64,000 bases of DNA. Source: an uncultured Lachnotalea sp. Lineage in GTDB: Bacteria; Bacillota; Clostridia; Lachnospirales; Lachnospiraceae. The notes beneath the pieces were generated by a model. That model was not told the origin of the DNA. It saw only the letters and a list, made by a program, of their open reading frames with translations, and made no database searches. Made by a program: the position numbers and the translations under genes. This document shows, in pieces, positions 17,493 to 27,105 of the stretch. Positions within the stretch are counted from its first letter, which is position 1. Each line of letters begins with the position of its first letter. Where the stretch lies: contig CAMSZT010000011.1 of assembly GCA_947066815.1 (NCBI GenBank), forward strand, positions 2,567 through 66,566, given 5' to 3'.

Positions 17493-17645
17493 CTACTCCC
17501 TGCCGTCCTGATCAAGCTGTTCCTTCAGAAATTCCACCATGATGTCCGTCACATCGGTGATGTCCCGGTTCACAATGGTATCCTCCACCTGATCGATATC
17601 CCGGCTGGGCTTAAACTTTGCCAGTTCTTCCTCAAAATTCAGCAT
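17493..17645 (-). CDS. small acidic hypothetical protein (50 aa)
   Basis: Own translation MLNFEEELAKFKPSRDIDQVEDTIVNRDITDVTDIMVEFLKEQLDQDGRE*. RBS ggagagg. Ends 12 nt before the TPR gene start. Below the ORF-track size cutoff. Confidence 0.4.
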   Translation of the reverse strand: MLNFEEELAKFKPSRDIDQVEDTIVNRDITDVTDIMVEFLKEQLDQDGRE

Positions 17646-17859
17646 CCTGTTTCATCCTCTCCAAACAAACAGTCCCGCGCCCGGGCCTTTCTTTACGTAT
17701 CCCCCAGTATATCATAAAAACCAGATCCGCACACCCACAAAATTTCTTAAAATTTCCAGTATATGCCGGAAAACGGTCTTTCATGCCGGCTGATGGTATT
17801 CTACTACAAATTCCCATATTTTACAATGAAAAAAGGACGACAAAAACTGCCATCCTTCT

Positions 17860-17916
17860 CCGTCGGGGCGGCCTATCATCTGCCTATCGTCTGCTGCAAG
17901 CCGTTGCCCCCGACGG
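17860..17916. repeat. solo-end remnant of the Family-1 repeat, forming a hairpin over the folC stop
   Basis: Contains atctgcctatcgtctgc, identical to the right-end box of copies 2 and 5, flanked by ccgtcggggcggc / gccgttgcccccgacgg. Confidence 0.7.
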
Positions 17917-19240
17917 AAACATTTGTGTGCATGAGAAGCTCCTTAATACTCCCCGCCAGGTAAAGGGAGCCTGCGATAAACAGAAGATCGTCCTCTCCCT
18001 TCTTCTCCCTGGCAAACGCAAAGGCCTCCCCAATCTCCCCGAAACACCAGACCGGCCTGTCGGTCCTCCTCTCAAACGCACCCCGGATGTCTGCGAGGGG
18101 CAGGGCCCGGTAGCTGTCAAGTTCCGTCAAAATAAAACCGTCAAAGCCCGCCGGGCGGCAGATCTCGTCGATCATGGTCTCATAGTCCTTCTCCACTACC
18201 GCCGAGAACAGCAGGTATTTTTTCCCCGCACAGGGAAGCCTTGTCACCGTCTCGAGAAAGACCCGGATCCCGTCGTCGTTGTGGGCGCCGTCCATGTAGA
18301 TCCCCGGAAGCACCGGCTCCATCCGCCCCGGCCAGGAGGTGCGGAGGAGGGCCTGCCGCACTCCGGCCGCCCATGCCGTCCCCGGCTGCAAACGATCCGT
18401 CCGGGGAAGGGGGAGCTTCTGCCGCAGGATCCCGGCCGCCGTCACCGCCAGGGACGCATTCATGGCCTGGTAATCCGCCACAAAGGGCACCCGGAGTTCC
18501 TCCCCGGCAAGCGCCCCCTCCCTCACCCGGAAGCAGATCCCCGACCGGCCCCTCTCTGCGATCTCAAAATCCGCGGGGTTCACCGGCCATGCAGGCGCTC
18601 CCAGCGCCGCCGCCTGCGCCCGGATCACCGCCGATGCCTCCGGCACGCTGTCGTCGTAAACCACCGGGCATCCTTCTTTGATGATCCCCGCCTTCTCCCC
18701 CGCGATCTCCGGGATCGTCTCCCCCAAAATTTCCGTGTGGTCTAGGCTGATGGAAGCGATCACGCAGACCAGAGGGTCCTCGATCACGTTGGTGGCGTCC
18801 AGCCGCCCGCCGAGCCCCACCTCCAGCACCGTCACATCCACCTGCCGCTCCTTAAAGATCAGCATTCCGATCAGGAACAAAAATTCAAAATAGGAGGGAT
18901 GGACGATCTCCTCCCGCTCCCGGCACAAGTCGTACACCCGGCGGAAGGCCGCCAGAAATTCCTCCTCCGACGCCTGCTCCCCGTCGATCAGGAACCGCTC
19001 CGTGATATCCACCAGATGAGGGGAGACAAAAGTCCCCACATGATGTCCCTGTTCCAAAAGAATACGGCTGAGAAAGGCGCACACCGATCCCTTCCCGTTG
19101 GTCCCCGCCACATGAACGAACCGCTGTCCCTCCTCCGGATGTCCCAGAAGAGCAAGGATCCTCCGCTCATTGTCCATGGTGGTCTTCTTGGAAAATTTCG
19201 GGATCCCGTTGAGATACTCTTCCGCTTCTTTTATATCCAT
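17876..19240 (-). CDS. folC: bifunctional folylpolyglutamate synthase/dihydrofolate synthase
   Basis: Start at MDIKEAEEYLNGIPKF (ATG 19240). P-loop HVAGTNGKGSV. Mur-ligase architecture. Confidence 0.9.
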   Translation of the reverse strand: MDIKEAEEYLNGIPKFSKKTTMDNERRILALLGHPEEGQRFVHVAGTNGKGSVCAFLSRILLEQGHHVGTFVSPHLVDITERFLIDGEQASEEEFLAAFRRVYDLCREREEIVHPSYFEFLFLIGMLIFKERQVDVTVLEVGLGGRLDATNVIEDPLVCVIASISLDHTEILGETIPEIAGEKAGIIKEGCPVVYDDSVPEASAVIRAQAAALGAPAWPVNPADFEIAERGRSGICFRVREGALAGEELRVPFVADYQAMNASLAVTAAGILRQKLPLPRTDRLQPGTAWAAGVRQALLRTSWPGRMEPVLPGIYMDGAHNDDGIRVFLETVTRLPCAGKKYLLFSAVVEKDYETMIDEICRPAGFDGFILTELDSYRALPLADIRGAFERRTDRPVWCFGEIGEAFAFAREKKGEDDLLFIAGSLYLAGSIKELLMHTNVSVGGNGLQQTIGR

Positions 19241-19555
19241 TCTGTTTTCGCCCTCTCTGCTTTTGTTCACCCTGCTTCTCCCATCCTCGTTTCGTTCTTC
19301 CCCGGAGTTTTTCTTCCCCGGAACGTATACCCAAAGGGCACTCGTGAACGCATACGCTTCGCGCAGGTAACTAAAGTATAGCACAGATCCGGCACATTTT
19401 GTATCTTCAATTTTCATCCGCACCCGTGCTATAATGGGGATATGACACGAAAAAATCAACCGGCAATCGCAAAATGTGAAATTGCGAGAATATCCAACAA
19501 ATTTTTGAATTTTGCAATCACCTGACTTTTGTATGTTCACGAAAGGATCCAGACC

Positions 19556-20803
19556 ATGAAATTCCTCCATTTAGCGGACCTCCACTTGGGAAAATCGATC
19601 CACGGCGTATCGCTGCTGGAGAGCGGCGACCAGAGAGCCTGGGTGGACGGCTTCCTGGAGCTTGCGGGAGAGCTCCGGCCGGACGCCGTTCTGATTGCGG
19701 GCGATATTTATGACAGGAGCGCCCCTCCCGGCGATGCGGTGGCGCTGCTTGACAGCATGCTGACCGCCCTGGCCGAGATGGGCGTTCCGGTCCTGATGGC
19801 TGCGGGAAACCATGATTCCGGCCAGCGCCTGGCCTTCGGGGGAAACCTCCTGGCAAAACAAAAGGTACATATTTCCGGCGTGCTTTCCAGGGAGCTTGCA
19901 CACGTCACCCTCGAAGATCCGGACGGGCCGGTCACCTTCTGGCTGATGCCCTACGTGTTTCCGGCCCTCGTGGCCCAGAAGCTTGAGGACGGCGACATCC
20001 ACGACTACGATACGGCCGTCCGGAAGCTTCTGGCCCGCCAGGACATTGACTTTTCCCGGAGGAACGTCCTGATCGCCCACCAGAATGTCACGGCAGACGG
20101 GAAGGAGGTCCTCCGAGGCGGCTCCGAATCCATGGTGGGCGGCGTGGGACAGGTGGATTATCGCACCTTCGACGGGTTTGATTACGTGGCGTTGGGACAC
20201 ATCCATTCCTCCTATCCGGTGGGCCGGGAAAACGTCCGCTATGCCGGCTCCCCCCTGTGCTACCACTTCGAGGAGACCAGGCAGCCCGCCAAGGGGCCGC
20301 TCTTCGTAGAGCTCGGCCCAAAGGGAAGCGCCCCGCAAGTAAGCGTCCGGACCATTCCCCCTCTCCACCCGCTCCGGAAAATCACGGGAACCTACGAGGA
20401 GGTCCGGGAGGCGGAACTAAAAAACACCGCCCGGGGCGAATACTTGAGCATCCTGCTGACGGACACACGGATCACCCCGGAAATCTCCGCCTTTTTCCGG
20501 AGCCTCACCGAAAGCCGAGGCAGCGTTTTGATGGAACTGCTCTCCGAATACCGGCCCTTCGGGGAGGCGCAGACCGTCCCGGCCGCCGGTGCGGCGGCTG
20601 AAAAGGCCGTGGAAGAGCTGTTTGTGGACTTCTACGCCGACCGATGCGGCGGCCAGATGCCGGGCCGGGAGGAACAGGCGCTTTTGCAATTCGCAGGCGA
20701 GCAGGTGCGAAACGGCGACCCGGAGACCGACAAAAATTCACCGACCCGGAAAGAGATCGAAGCCCTGTTAAACTTCGCACTGGGACAGGAGGGAGCAGAA
20801 TGA
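19556..20803 (+). CDS. sbcD: exonuclease SbcCD, nuclease subunit D
   Basis: MKFLHLADLHLG, GDIYD and GNHD calcineurin-like phosphoesterase motifs. Its stop overlaps the sbcC ATG. Confidence 0.9.
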   Translation: MKFLHLADLHLGKSIHGVSLLESGDQRAWVDGFLELAGELRPDAVLIAGDIYDRSAPPGDAVALLDSMLTALAEMGVPVLMAAGNHDSGQRLAFGGNLLAKQKVHISGVLSRELAHVTLEDPDGPVTFWLMPYVFPALVAQKLEDGDIHDYDTAVRKLLARQDIDFSRRNVLIAHQNVTADGKEVLRGGSESMVGGVGQVDYRTFDGFDYVALGHIHSSYPVGRENVRYAGSPLCYHFEETRQPAKGPLFVELGPKGSAPQVSVRTIPPLHPLRKITGTYEEVREAELKNTARGEYLSILLTDTRITPEISAFFRSLTESRGSVLMELLSEYRPFGEAQTVPAAGAAAEKAVEELFVDFYADRCGGQMPGREEQALLQFAGEQVRNGDPETDKNSPTRKEIEALLNFALGQEGAE

Positions 20804-23800
20804 AACCAATCTCACTGGAAATGACCGCCTTCGGCTCTTATGCGGAAAAGACCACCATCGCCTTTGACCGGTTCTCCCACGGCCTCTACCTGATCACCGG
20901 CGACACCGGGGCCGGGAAAACCACCATCTTTGACGCCATCATGTTCGCCCTCTACGGCGTGGCCAGCGGGCCGGACCGCAAACCGGAAATGATGCACTGC
21001 GACTTTGTGGACAAGTCCGTCGACACGGAGGTCCTGCTAAAATTCCGGCAGAGGGACAGAGAATACACGGTCCGGCGGACCATCCATTACCGCAAAAAGC
21101 GGGGAAGCGCCGACCAGTTCGGAGACGCCGTGGTGGGCGCCGTCCTCCATGAGCCGGACCGGGATCCCGTCGAAATTGCGACAAGGGTCACGGAACGCTG
21201 CACGGAGCTTCTCGGCCTGAATGCGGAGCAGTTCCGCAAGATCGTCATGCTGGCCCAGGGAGAATTCAAGGAATTCCTGAAGGCCGACAGCGACAAGAAA
21301 AACGAAATTCTCGGGAAGCTTTTTGACAATTCCTCCTATGTCCGCTACCAGACGCTTTTAAAAAGCGCCCGGGATGAGCTGAGAGAAAAACGGGAAGCCG
21401 TCAAGAAGACCATTGCGGACACCATGGAGACGCTTTTTCTGCCGCCGGAGGTGTCGGAGGGCGTCAGTCCGGAATTGTACCTTCCTGGACATCCCGGGCT
21501 GACGGAAAATCTGAGGGCGCTGACCGCCGAAGAGGAGCAGAGGCAAAAGGGCCTTGACGAGGAGAGGGAGCTGTTTGGGGCCCGGGAAAAAGCCCTCGCA
21601 GAGCGGAAGGGTTCTGCCGCCGGACAAAACCGGCTTCTGGACGAGCTTGCCGAAAGGCGGAAACATCTGGCAGAGCTTGCGGGACAGGCGGCGGCCATGG
21701 AGGAGCGGCGCACCGCCCATGAAGCTGCGAAAAAGGCCCTGCGGCAGGTTCTTCCCAAACAAACGGCGAGCGAGGAAGCCCAAACTGCACTGCAAGAGGC
21801 AAAAGAGGCGATCGCCGCACTGGAACAGGAGCTTTCCGAGCAGGAGCGGACGGTTGCAAAGGCCCGCTCTGCCGTCGAGTCGGATGATGACAAAAAAAGA
21901 CAGATCGTCCGCTTAAATTCCGAGATCGACCGCCTGAAAGAATCCCTGCGCCTATATGAAGAGGTCGACGGCAAAAAGACAGAGCTCGCCAAGGTAAAAG
22001 AAAAAGCAGCGGAAGCAGAAAAGCGAAGAGCCGGGGCAGAAGATCTGGAAGTGTCAGAGGGCAGGAAGCTGGCGGACATCGGCAGCGAGTTGGAAACACT
22101 TGCAGATATCGACGCACAGGCCGTTTCCCTGAAACATGAGTATCAAAAGTCAAGGGACGATATGGCCGCACTGACCGGGGAAGCGGGAATCCGGGAGCAG
22201 GTCGGTTCCATTCTCCTGGATGAAAAGGAGCTTGCCCTGCTGCGGGAGCAGCTCCGGACATTGGCCGCCGATTCCGCAGAGGCGGAACGGCTCCACCATG
22301 ACCGATACCAGGCATTTATCTGCGGACAGGCGGGAATTCTGGCGGACGGGCTGGAAAAGGAGCTTGAAGAGCGTGGCAGCGCTGTCTGCCCGGTCTGCCG
22401 TACCAGATTTTCCGCCGAAAAGGAGCACGCCTTTGCCCTGCCGCAGGAGGAAACGCCGACGCAGTCCCAGGTGGAACAGGCAAAAGCGGATTTTGACGCA
22501 AAAGAGCGGCAGCGAAATCAAAAGGCGGCAGCGGTCACAAAAGCAGAGGAAGCCCTGAAAAATAGAAAGACCGCCGTCCTGCGGGATGCGGGAGCGCTTT
22601 TCACCGATTGCAGGAACTGGGAGACGCTGGTCTCGCCCGGCTATCTGTCCGCACAGGAGGAACGGCTTTCGCAGATTGAGACAGAGCGGAAAAAGAATCT
22701 GGAGACGGCCGTCAAAAAACAGAAGCGAAAGAAAAAACTGGAGAAAGAAAAAGGGGAAAAAGAACAGGAGCTTAAAACTTTAAGGGAAGACATTGCCCGG
22801 TGGAAGGAGTCGTCGCAGAAGCAGGAGGGGGAGGCAAAGGCCCTGAGCGCCGCCATTGCAGAGCTGCAAAAGCAGCTGCAATATCCGGACAAGGCCGCTG
22901 CCGACGAAAGGATCTTTGGCAGGCAGAATCTGCGGGACAATCTGCAGGAACAGGTCGAGACAGATCAAAAGCGGTTGGACGATGCCAGGCAGAAGATGGA
23001 CATCCTCCGGGGCGACCTGACGGGCAAAAAGGAGAAGCTCCCGGAGCTTGAAAACCGCAGGGCAGACGCAGAAACAGCCCTGGGGGAAGCCCTGGCCCGA
23101 AGCGGTCTTAAGACCCTGGAAAACGTGGCGGCCGCACTCCTTCCGGTCGGGGACATGGGCGGCGAGGCATGGCTGGAACAGGAGGCGGCCGCACTGACGG
23201 AATACGCCAATGACTGTAAAAACACGGAGAAACGGATCGAAGAGCTGACAGGCCAGACAAAGGAGCTTTCGTATACGGACCTGGGTGACCTGCAGACGCA
23301 GATCGATGAGGCCGCCGCTTCCTACAAACGGGCGAACGAGGCCTGCGCCGGTCTGGAAAAACTGCTGGATAACCACCGGAAGGTGACAGAGAAGGTCATT
23401 CGGTCCAAGGAAAAACTGGCAAACACGGAGCCAGCCTGGAGGCGGCTTGACCGGCTGGCGGATCTGGCCGTGGGCACAAGCAATGAAGGCGGAAAGTTCA
23501 GCTTCGACCGCTACGTGATGGGAGCCGCCTTCCGTGAAATTTTAGAAATGGCAAACCGGCGGCTGCTCATCATGAGCGGCGGAAAATACGAGCTGATCCA
23601 TCGCCTCGGCACGGACCGCAGGAATGCAAAGTCCGGCCTGGAGATCGAGGTCCTGGACATGGCGACCGGAAAACAGCGCAGCCCCGCCTCCCTGTCCGGC
23701 GGCGAGTCCTTCCTGGTGTCCCTCTCCCTAGCCCTGGGCCTCTCCGACGTGGTACAGGGCCATGCCGGCGGCAGGAACCTGGATGCCCTCTTCATCGACG

Positions 23801-23979
23801 AGGGCTTCGGTTCCCTGGACGACGGCACGCTGGAAATCGCCCTGGAAGTGTTGAACCAGCTGACGGAGGGCAACCGCCTGGTAGGGATCATCTCCCACGT
23901 GGGCAGGCTGGAGGAAAGCATCCCGCAGAAAATATCCGTGAAAAATGGCGGGCGGGGCAGCTTGGTGACGGTGGAGTAA
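20800..23979 (+). CDS. sbcC: exonuclease SbcCD, ATPase subunit C (Rad50-like SMC)
   Basis: Walker A GDTGAGKTTIFDAI, a long coiled coil with CPVC zinc hook, signature LSGGESFLVSLSLALG, Walker B LFIDEGFGSLD. Start at ATG 20800 (MKPISLEM). Confidence 0.9.
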   Translation: MKPISLEMTAFGSYAEKTTIAFDRFSHGLYLITGDTGAGKTTIFDAIMFALYGVASGPDRKPEMMHCDFVDKSVDTEVLLKFRQRDREYTVRRTIHYRKKRGSADQFGDAVVGAVLHEPDRDPVEIATRVTERCTELLGLNAEQFRKIVMLAQGEFKEFLKADSDKKNEILGKLFDNSSYVRYQTLLKSARDELREKREAVKKTIADTMETLFLPPEVSEGVSPELYLPGHPGLTENLRALTAEEEQRQKGLDEERELFGAREKALAERKGSAAGQNRLLDELAERRKHLAELAGQAAAMEERRTAHEAAKKALRQVLPKQTASEEAQTALQEAKEAIAALEQELSEQERTVAKARSAVESDDDKKRQIVRLNSEIDRLKESLRLYEEVDGKKTELAKVKEKAAEAEKRRAGAEDLEVSEGRKLADIGSELETLADIDAQAVSLKHEYQKSRDDMAALTGEAGIREQVGSILLDEKELALLREQLRTLAADSAEAERLHHDRYQAFICGQAGILADGLEKELEERGSAVCPVCRTRFSAEKEHAFALPQEETPTQSQVEQAKADFDAKERQRNQKAAAVTKAEEALKNRKTAVLRDAGALFTDCRNWETLVSPGYLSAQEERLSQIETERKKNLETAVKKQKRKKKLEKEKGEKEQELKTLREDIARWKESSQKQEGEAKALSAAIAELQKQLQYPDKAAADERIFGRQNLRDNLQEQVETDQKRLDDARQKMDILRGDLTGKKEKLPELENRRADAETALGEALARSGLKTLENVAAALLPVGDMGGEAWLEQEAAALTEYANDCKNTEKRIEELTGQTKELSYTDLGDLQTQIDEAAASYKRANEACAGLEKLLDNHRKVTEKVIRSKEKLANTEPAWRRLDRLADLAVGTSNEGGKFSFDRYVMGAAFREILEMANRRLLIMSGGKYELIHRLGTDRRNAKSGLEIEVLDMATGKQRSPASLSGGESFLVSLSLALGLSDVVQGHAGGRNLDALFIDEGFGSLDDGTLEIALEVLNQLTEGNRLVGIISHVGRLEESIPQKISVKNGGRGSLVTVE

Positions 23980-24023
23980 ATTGTTTCATGCCAAAATTGG
24001 TAAAACAGCCTATGGCGGGCGGC

Positions 24024-24055
24024 GGCGTGGCCTCTTCATCGAACCGGGCCACGCC
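24024..24055. terminator. hairpin between convergent sbcC and asparaginase genes
   Basis: ggcgtggcc (24024-24032) / ggccacgcc (24047-24055). The loop tcttcatcgaaccg resembles the catcgaaccgg segment of Family-1 copies 2 and 5. Confidence 0.5.
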
Positions 24056-24067
24056 TCATTGCGGTAT

Positions 24068-25066
24068 TTACGAAAAACTAACTTCTTGTACGATGTTCTG
24101 CCAGAAGAGCTGCCGGATCGCTTCCCGTTTTTTCGTCTGTCCCAGGCCCCACATCAGTTTTGTCACGACGGCTTCGCAGGTCATATCGTGGACGGGGATT
24201 CCGCCGCACTCCAATATCTTCCGGCCCGTTTCATATACGTTCAGACTGCTGCCCTCATAGCGGCATTGGGACCCGACCAAAACCGGCAGGCCAGATTGCG
24301 ATGCCCGGCGAATTTCCGCAGTAAAATCATTTTTTAAGAATGGAACTCCGCCTAAACCAAATCCTTCAATATAGATACCTTCACAGCCACGTTCCTGTAA
24401 ACAGCGAATCATATCCGGATTCATACCAGGAAATAATTTCAAGACGGCAATCCGATCGGAATACTTTACCTGCACCTGAAACGGAAGTCCTGTCGGGGGC
24501 TGCTTGAGCCGCAGTTGTAGACCAAACGCATTTACTTCGCCAATGCAAGGGTAATTGATGCTTTCAAAAGCATTGAAGCTGACAGTCCGAACTTTGGACG
24601 TCCTGCATCCCAGCATAATTTTTCGATCAAAAGCAACAAATACACCGCCATAGCCGCTGGCCGCCATCTGCAATGCACAGCGAAGATTATCGGCGGCATC
24701 CGACATGGGAACGCCGAGCGGCACTTGGCTGCCCGTCACGACAACCGGAATCGGAATATTCCTTAGCATAAACGACAGCATGGAGGACGTATAGGCCATT
24801 GTATCTGTTCCGTGAATTAACACCACGCCATCAAAGCTGTCAGCCTTTTCACCAATCCGCAAAGCCAGTCTGCACCAATCATCAGGAGTAATATTAGAGC
24901 TGTCCAGAGAACAGTAGTCCTCCGCTTCAATCGACAGAGCAGAATCAACGCCACCCAGCAAAGCACATATATCGCCGCTTGTCAGTTCCGGAGATAACCC
25001 GCATTCTCTGGGACGGGATGAGAAGGTCCCTCCAGTGTTGATCAGTAAAATCTTTTTCATAGTCAT
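24068..25066 (-). CDS. ansA: L-asparaginase, type I
   Basis: INTGGTFSS and HGTDTMAYT catalytic-threonine motifs. 332 aa. Confidence 0.9.
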   Translation of the reverse strand: MTMKKILLINTGGTFSSRPRECGLSPELTSGDICALLGGVDSALSIEAEDYCSLDSSNITPDDWCRLALRIGEKADSFDGVVLIHGTDTMAYTSSMLSFMLRNIPIPVVVTGSQVPLGVPMSDAADNLRCALQMAASGYGGVFVAFDRKIMLGCRTSKVRTVSFNAFESINYPCIGEVNAFGLQLRLKQPPTGLPFQVQVKYSDRIAVLKLFPGMNPDMIRCLQERGCEGIYIEGFGLGGVPFLKNDFTAEIRRASQSGLPVLVGSQCRYEGSSLNVYETGRKILECGGIPVHDMTCEAVVTKLMWGLGQTKKREAIRQLFWQNIVQEVSFS

Positions 25067-26002
25067 CTATTTCCAGCAATCAGTGTCTGTCAGTCCAATA
25101 TCTGCCGCCCGGAACACCGGTTCATCTGTCGTTTTCCTGGCCTTATCGTAGTTTTTCAAGGCCGCAATGACCGGTCTCCGCATAGCGAAAACCGCCAAAA
25201 TATTGACAATCGCCACCAATGCCATCAGGATGTCCGTTATATTCCATGCCATCTCAAATCCAACATGGGTTCCGATAAAAATGATAACCAAGGCGACAAT
25301 TCTAAAAACAAAAAGAGCTTTACTGTTTTCCGTAATAAACTTCAGGTTTTGCTCCGCATAAAAATAATTCCCCAAAAGTGTTGTAAAGGCAAAAAGCATC
25401 AACGCAACCGTAACGATATGAATACCCGTCTCGCCAAACATGTGGAATACGGCCTGCTGCATATAGGGGGATCCGGCGTTGGCCGCATTTCCCTCCACAC
25501 CGGAAACCAGCAGGATCATTGCCGTAGATGAGCAGATGATCAACAACACTGCATACAGTACGCCAAGACCTTTTTTGCCCAATCCCCGCTGTATGTAATA
25601 AGCCGGGCCTCCTAAAAATTTATCGCCGGATTTGATCTTATAGATTTGCGCCAGCGTACTCTCACAGAAGGCGGAGGCCGCCCCCAGCAGTGCCATGAGC
25701 CACATCCAAAAGACTGCGCCGGGACCGCCTACGGCAATTGCGGTCGAAACGCCTATGATATTTCCTGTACCCACACGGGAAGCAGTAGAAATCATTAAAG
25801 CCTGGAAGGAACTGATTCCTCTGTCGGAAGCCTTCTTTTCGGTTAATGTCCGCAGCCCCTCCTTCAGCAGCCGAAACTGGACACCTTTCGTAACAACAGT
25901 AAAGTAAATACCGGCAGCCGTCAGAAGTGCAACGAGAATATAAATATAAAGAAAGTCATTTAACCACGTCAATATTGCGTTCATACATGTCTCCCCCTTC
26001 AC
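25067..26002 (-). CDS. alanine/glycine:cation symporter (AGCS) family protein, internally shortened (possible pseudogene)
   Basis: N-terminal block SFQALMISTASRVGTGNIIGVSTAIAVGGPGAVFWMW and C-terminal block FAFTTLLGNYFYAEQ are present. At 311 aa the central region, including the SNEAG-type segment, appears absent. Confidence 0.7.
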   Translation of the reverse strand: MKGETCMNAILTWLNDFLYIYILVALLTAAGIYFTVVTKGVQFRLLKEGLRTLTEKKASDRGISSFQALMISTASRVGTGNIIGVSTAIAVGGPGAVFWMWLMALLGAASAFCESTLAQIYKIKSGDKFLGGPAYYIQRGLGKKGLGVLYAVLLIICSSTAMILLVSGVEGNAANAGSPYMQQAVFHMFGETGIHIVTVALMLFAFTTLLGNYFYAEQNLKFITENSKALFVFRIVALVIIFIGTHVGFEMAWNITDILMALVAIVNILAVFAMRRPVIAALKNYDKARKTTDEPVFRAADIGLTDTDCWK

Positions 26003-26064
26003 AAAATGGTTAATTTCACTGTGCCGGATTCCGAATCGCTCAAACCCGTTTTATATATAAACCG

Positions 26065-26991
26065 TCAGTTGTCCTGAACCGACAGTTTCAACACATCGGG
26101 ACGGGAATAATGTCCCACGCCGTCAAATTCCATACGGCTCATAGGCACGGCATTCATATCCAGATCCGCATAGATAATGGCTTCTCTGTTCCATACAGGT
26201 TCATCTACATAGTGGCCGTAAGGGTCTACAACACAGCTGCCTCCGATGCACACCTCGTCCCTTAGGGCAGCTATTTCTTGCGGGCATTGCAGATCACCGG
26301 GATACATCTGTTTTGTGATGTACTGATCAACATTGACGACATAACAGTGACCCTCAATGGCGATATGCTTGATCGTGTCCTGCCACTCCGGATTGTCGTT
26401 GGTATTAGGGGCCAGGTAAATGGAAGTGCCCTTCGCATACAGCGCTGCCCGTGCCAGCGGCATATAATTTTCCCAACAAATCAAACTTCCCATCACGCCC
26501 CACGGCGTTTCTACAACCGGAAAGCTTCCCTCATAGCCATCGCCCCAGATCATGCGTTCTGCACCAGTCGGCTTCAATTTCCGATGCTTCGCCGCCAGGA
26601 TTCCGTCCGGTGTAAAAATTAAGTTCGTGCAGTAAAGCGTGGCATTAACCTCGTCACGCTCCGTAATGCCAATGCTGACATAGGCATGAGCCTTTTTGGC
26701 TGCCTCGCCAAGCAGTTCCGTTTCCGATCCGGGAACAACAACAGAATTGTCATAATACCTCTTCCAGTCTTCTCGCCCTGCCTGGGTACGCGCCCCGACA
26801 GTAAAGCCAAATGTCATACCGTAGGGATAGCAGGGAATATAGGATTCGGGGAATACAATCAGCTCTGCGCCGTTTCCGGCAGCTTCCTCAACGGCACGGA
26901 TGGCATTGGCCGTGGTGGCCGCTTTGTCAAACATGACTGGGCCGGCCTGTACCAGCGCGATACGGCAGATGTCCTTTTCAATATCTTTCAT
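26065..26991 (-). CDS. nitrilase (carbon-nitrogen hydrolase superfamily, branch 1 type)
   Basis: Glu-Lys-Cys triad contexts LIVFPES, HRKLKPT and LICWENYMP. 308 aa. Confidence 0.88.
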   Translation of the reverse strand: MKDIEKDICRIALVQAGPVMFDKAATTANAIRAVEEAAGNGAELIVFPESYIPCYPYGMTFGFTVGARTQAGREDWKRYYDNSVVVPGSETELLGEAAKKAHAYVSIGITERDEVNATLYCTNLIFTPDGILAAKHRKLKPTGAERMIWGDGYEGSFPVVETPWGVMGSLICWENYMPLARAALYAKGTSIYLAPNTNDNPEWQDTIKHIAIEGHCYVVNVDQYITKQMYPGDLQCPQEIAALRDEVCIGGSCVVDPYGHYVDEPVWNREAIIYADLDMNAVPMSRMEFDGVGHYSRPDVLKLSVQDN

Positions 26992-27105
26992 GGCAAAACC
27001 CTCCTGTTTCTCATTTACAAACAGGATATCACAAAGTATAATGACAAGGAAATTGAATTATTTGATTAGTTTTATCAGTTTTTATGATAAGGAGGACACG
27101 ATGCT

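Noticed and set aside
21345-22315. 244-aa and 283-aa minus-strand ORFs inside sbcC
   Set aside because: Ser/Ala/Arg/Pro-rich antisense frames of the coiled-coil-encoding region, which is rich in GAG/GCG/AAG codons. No motifs.
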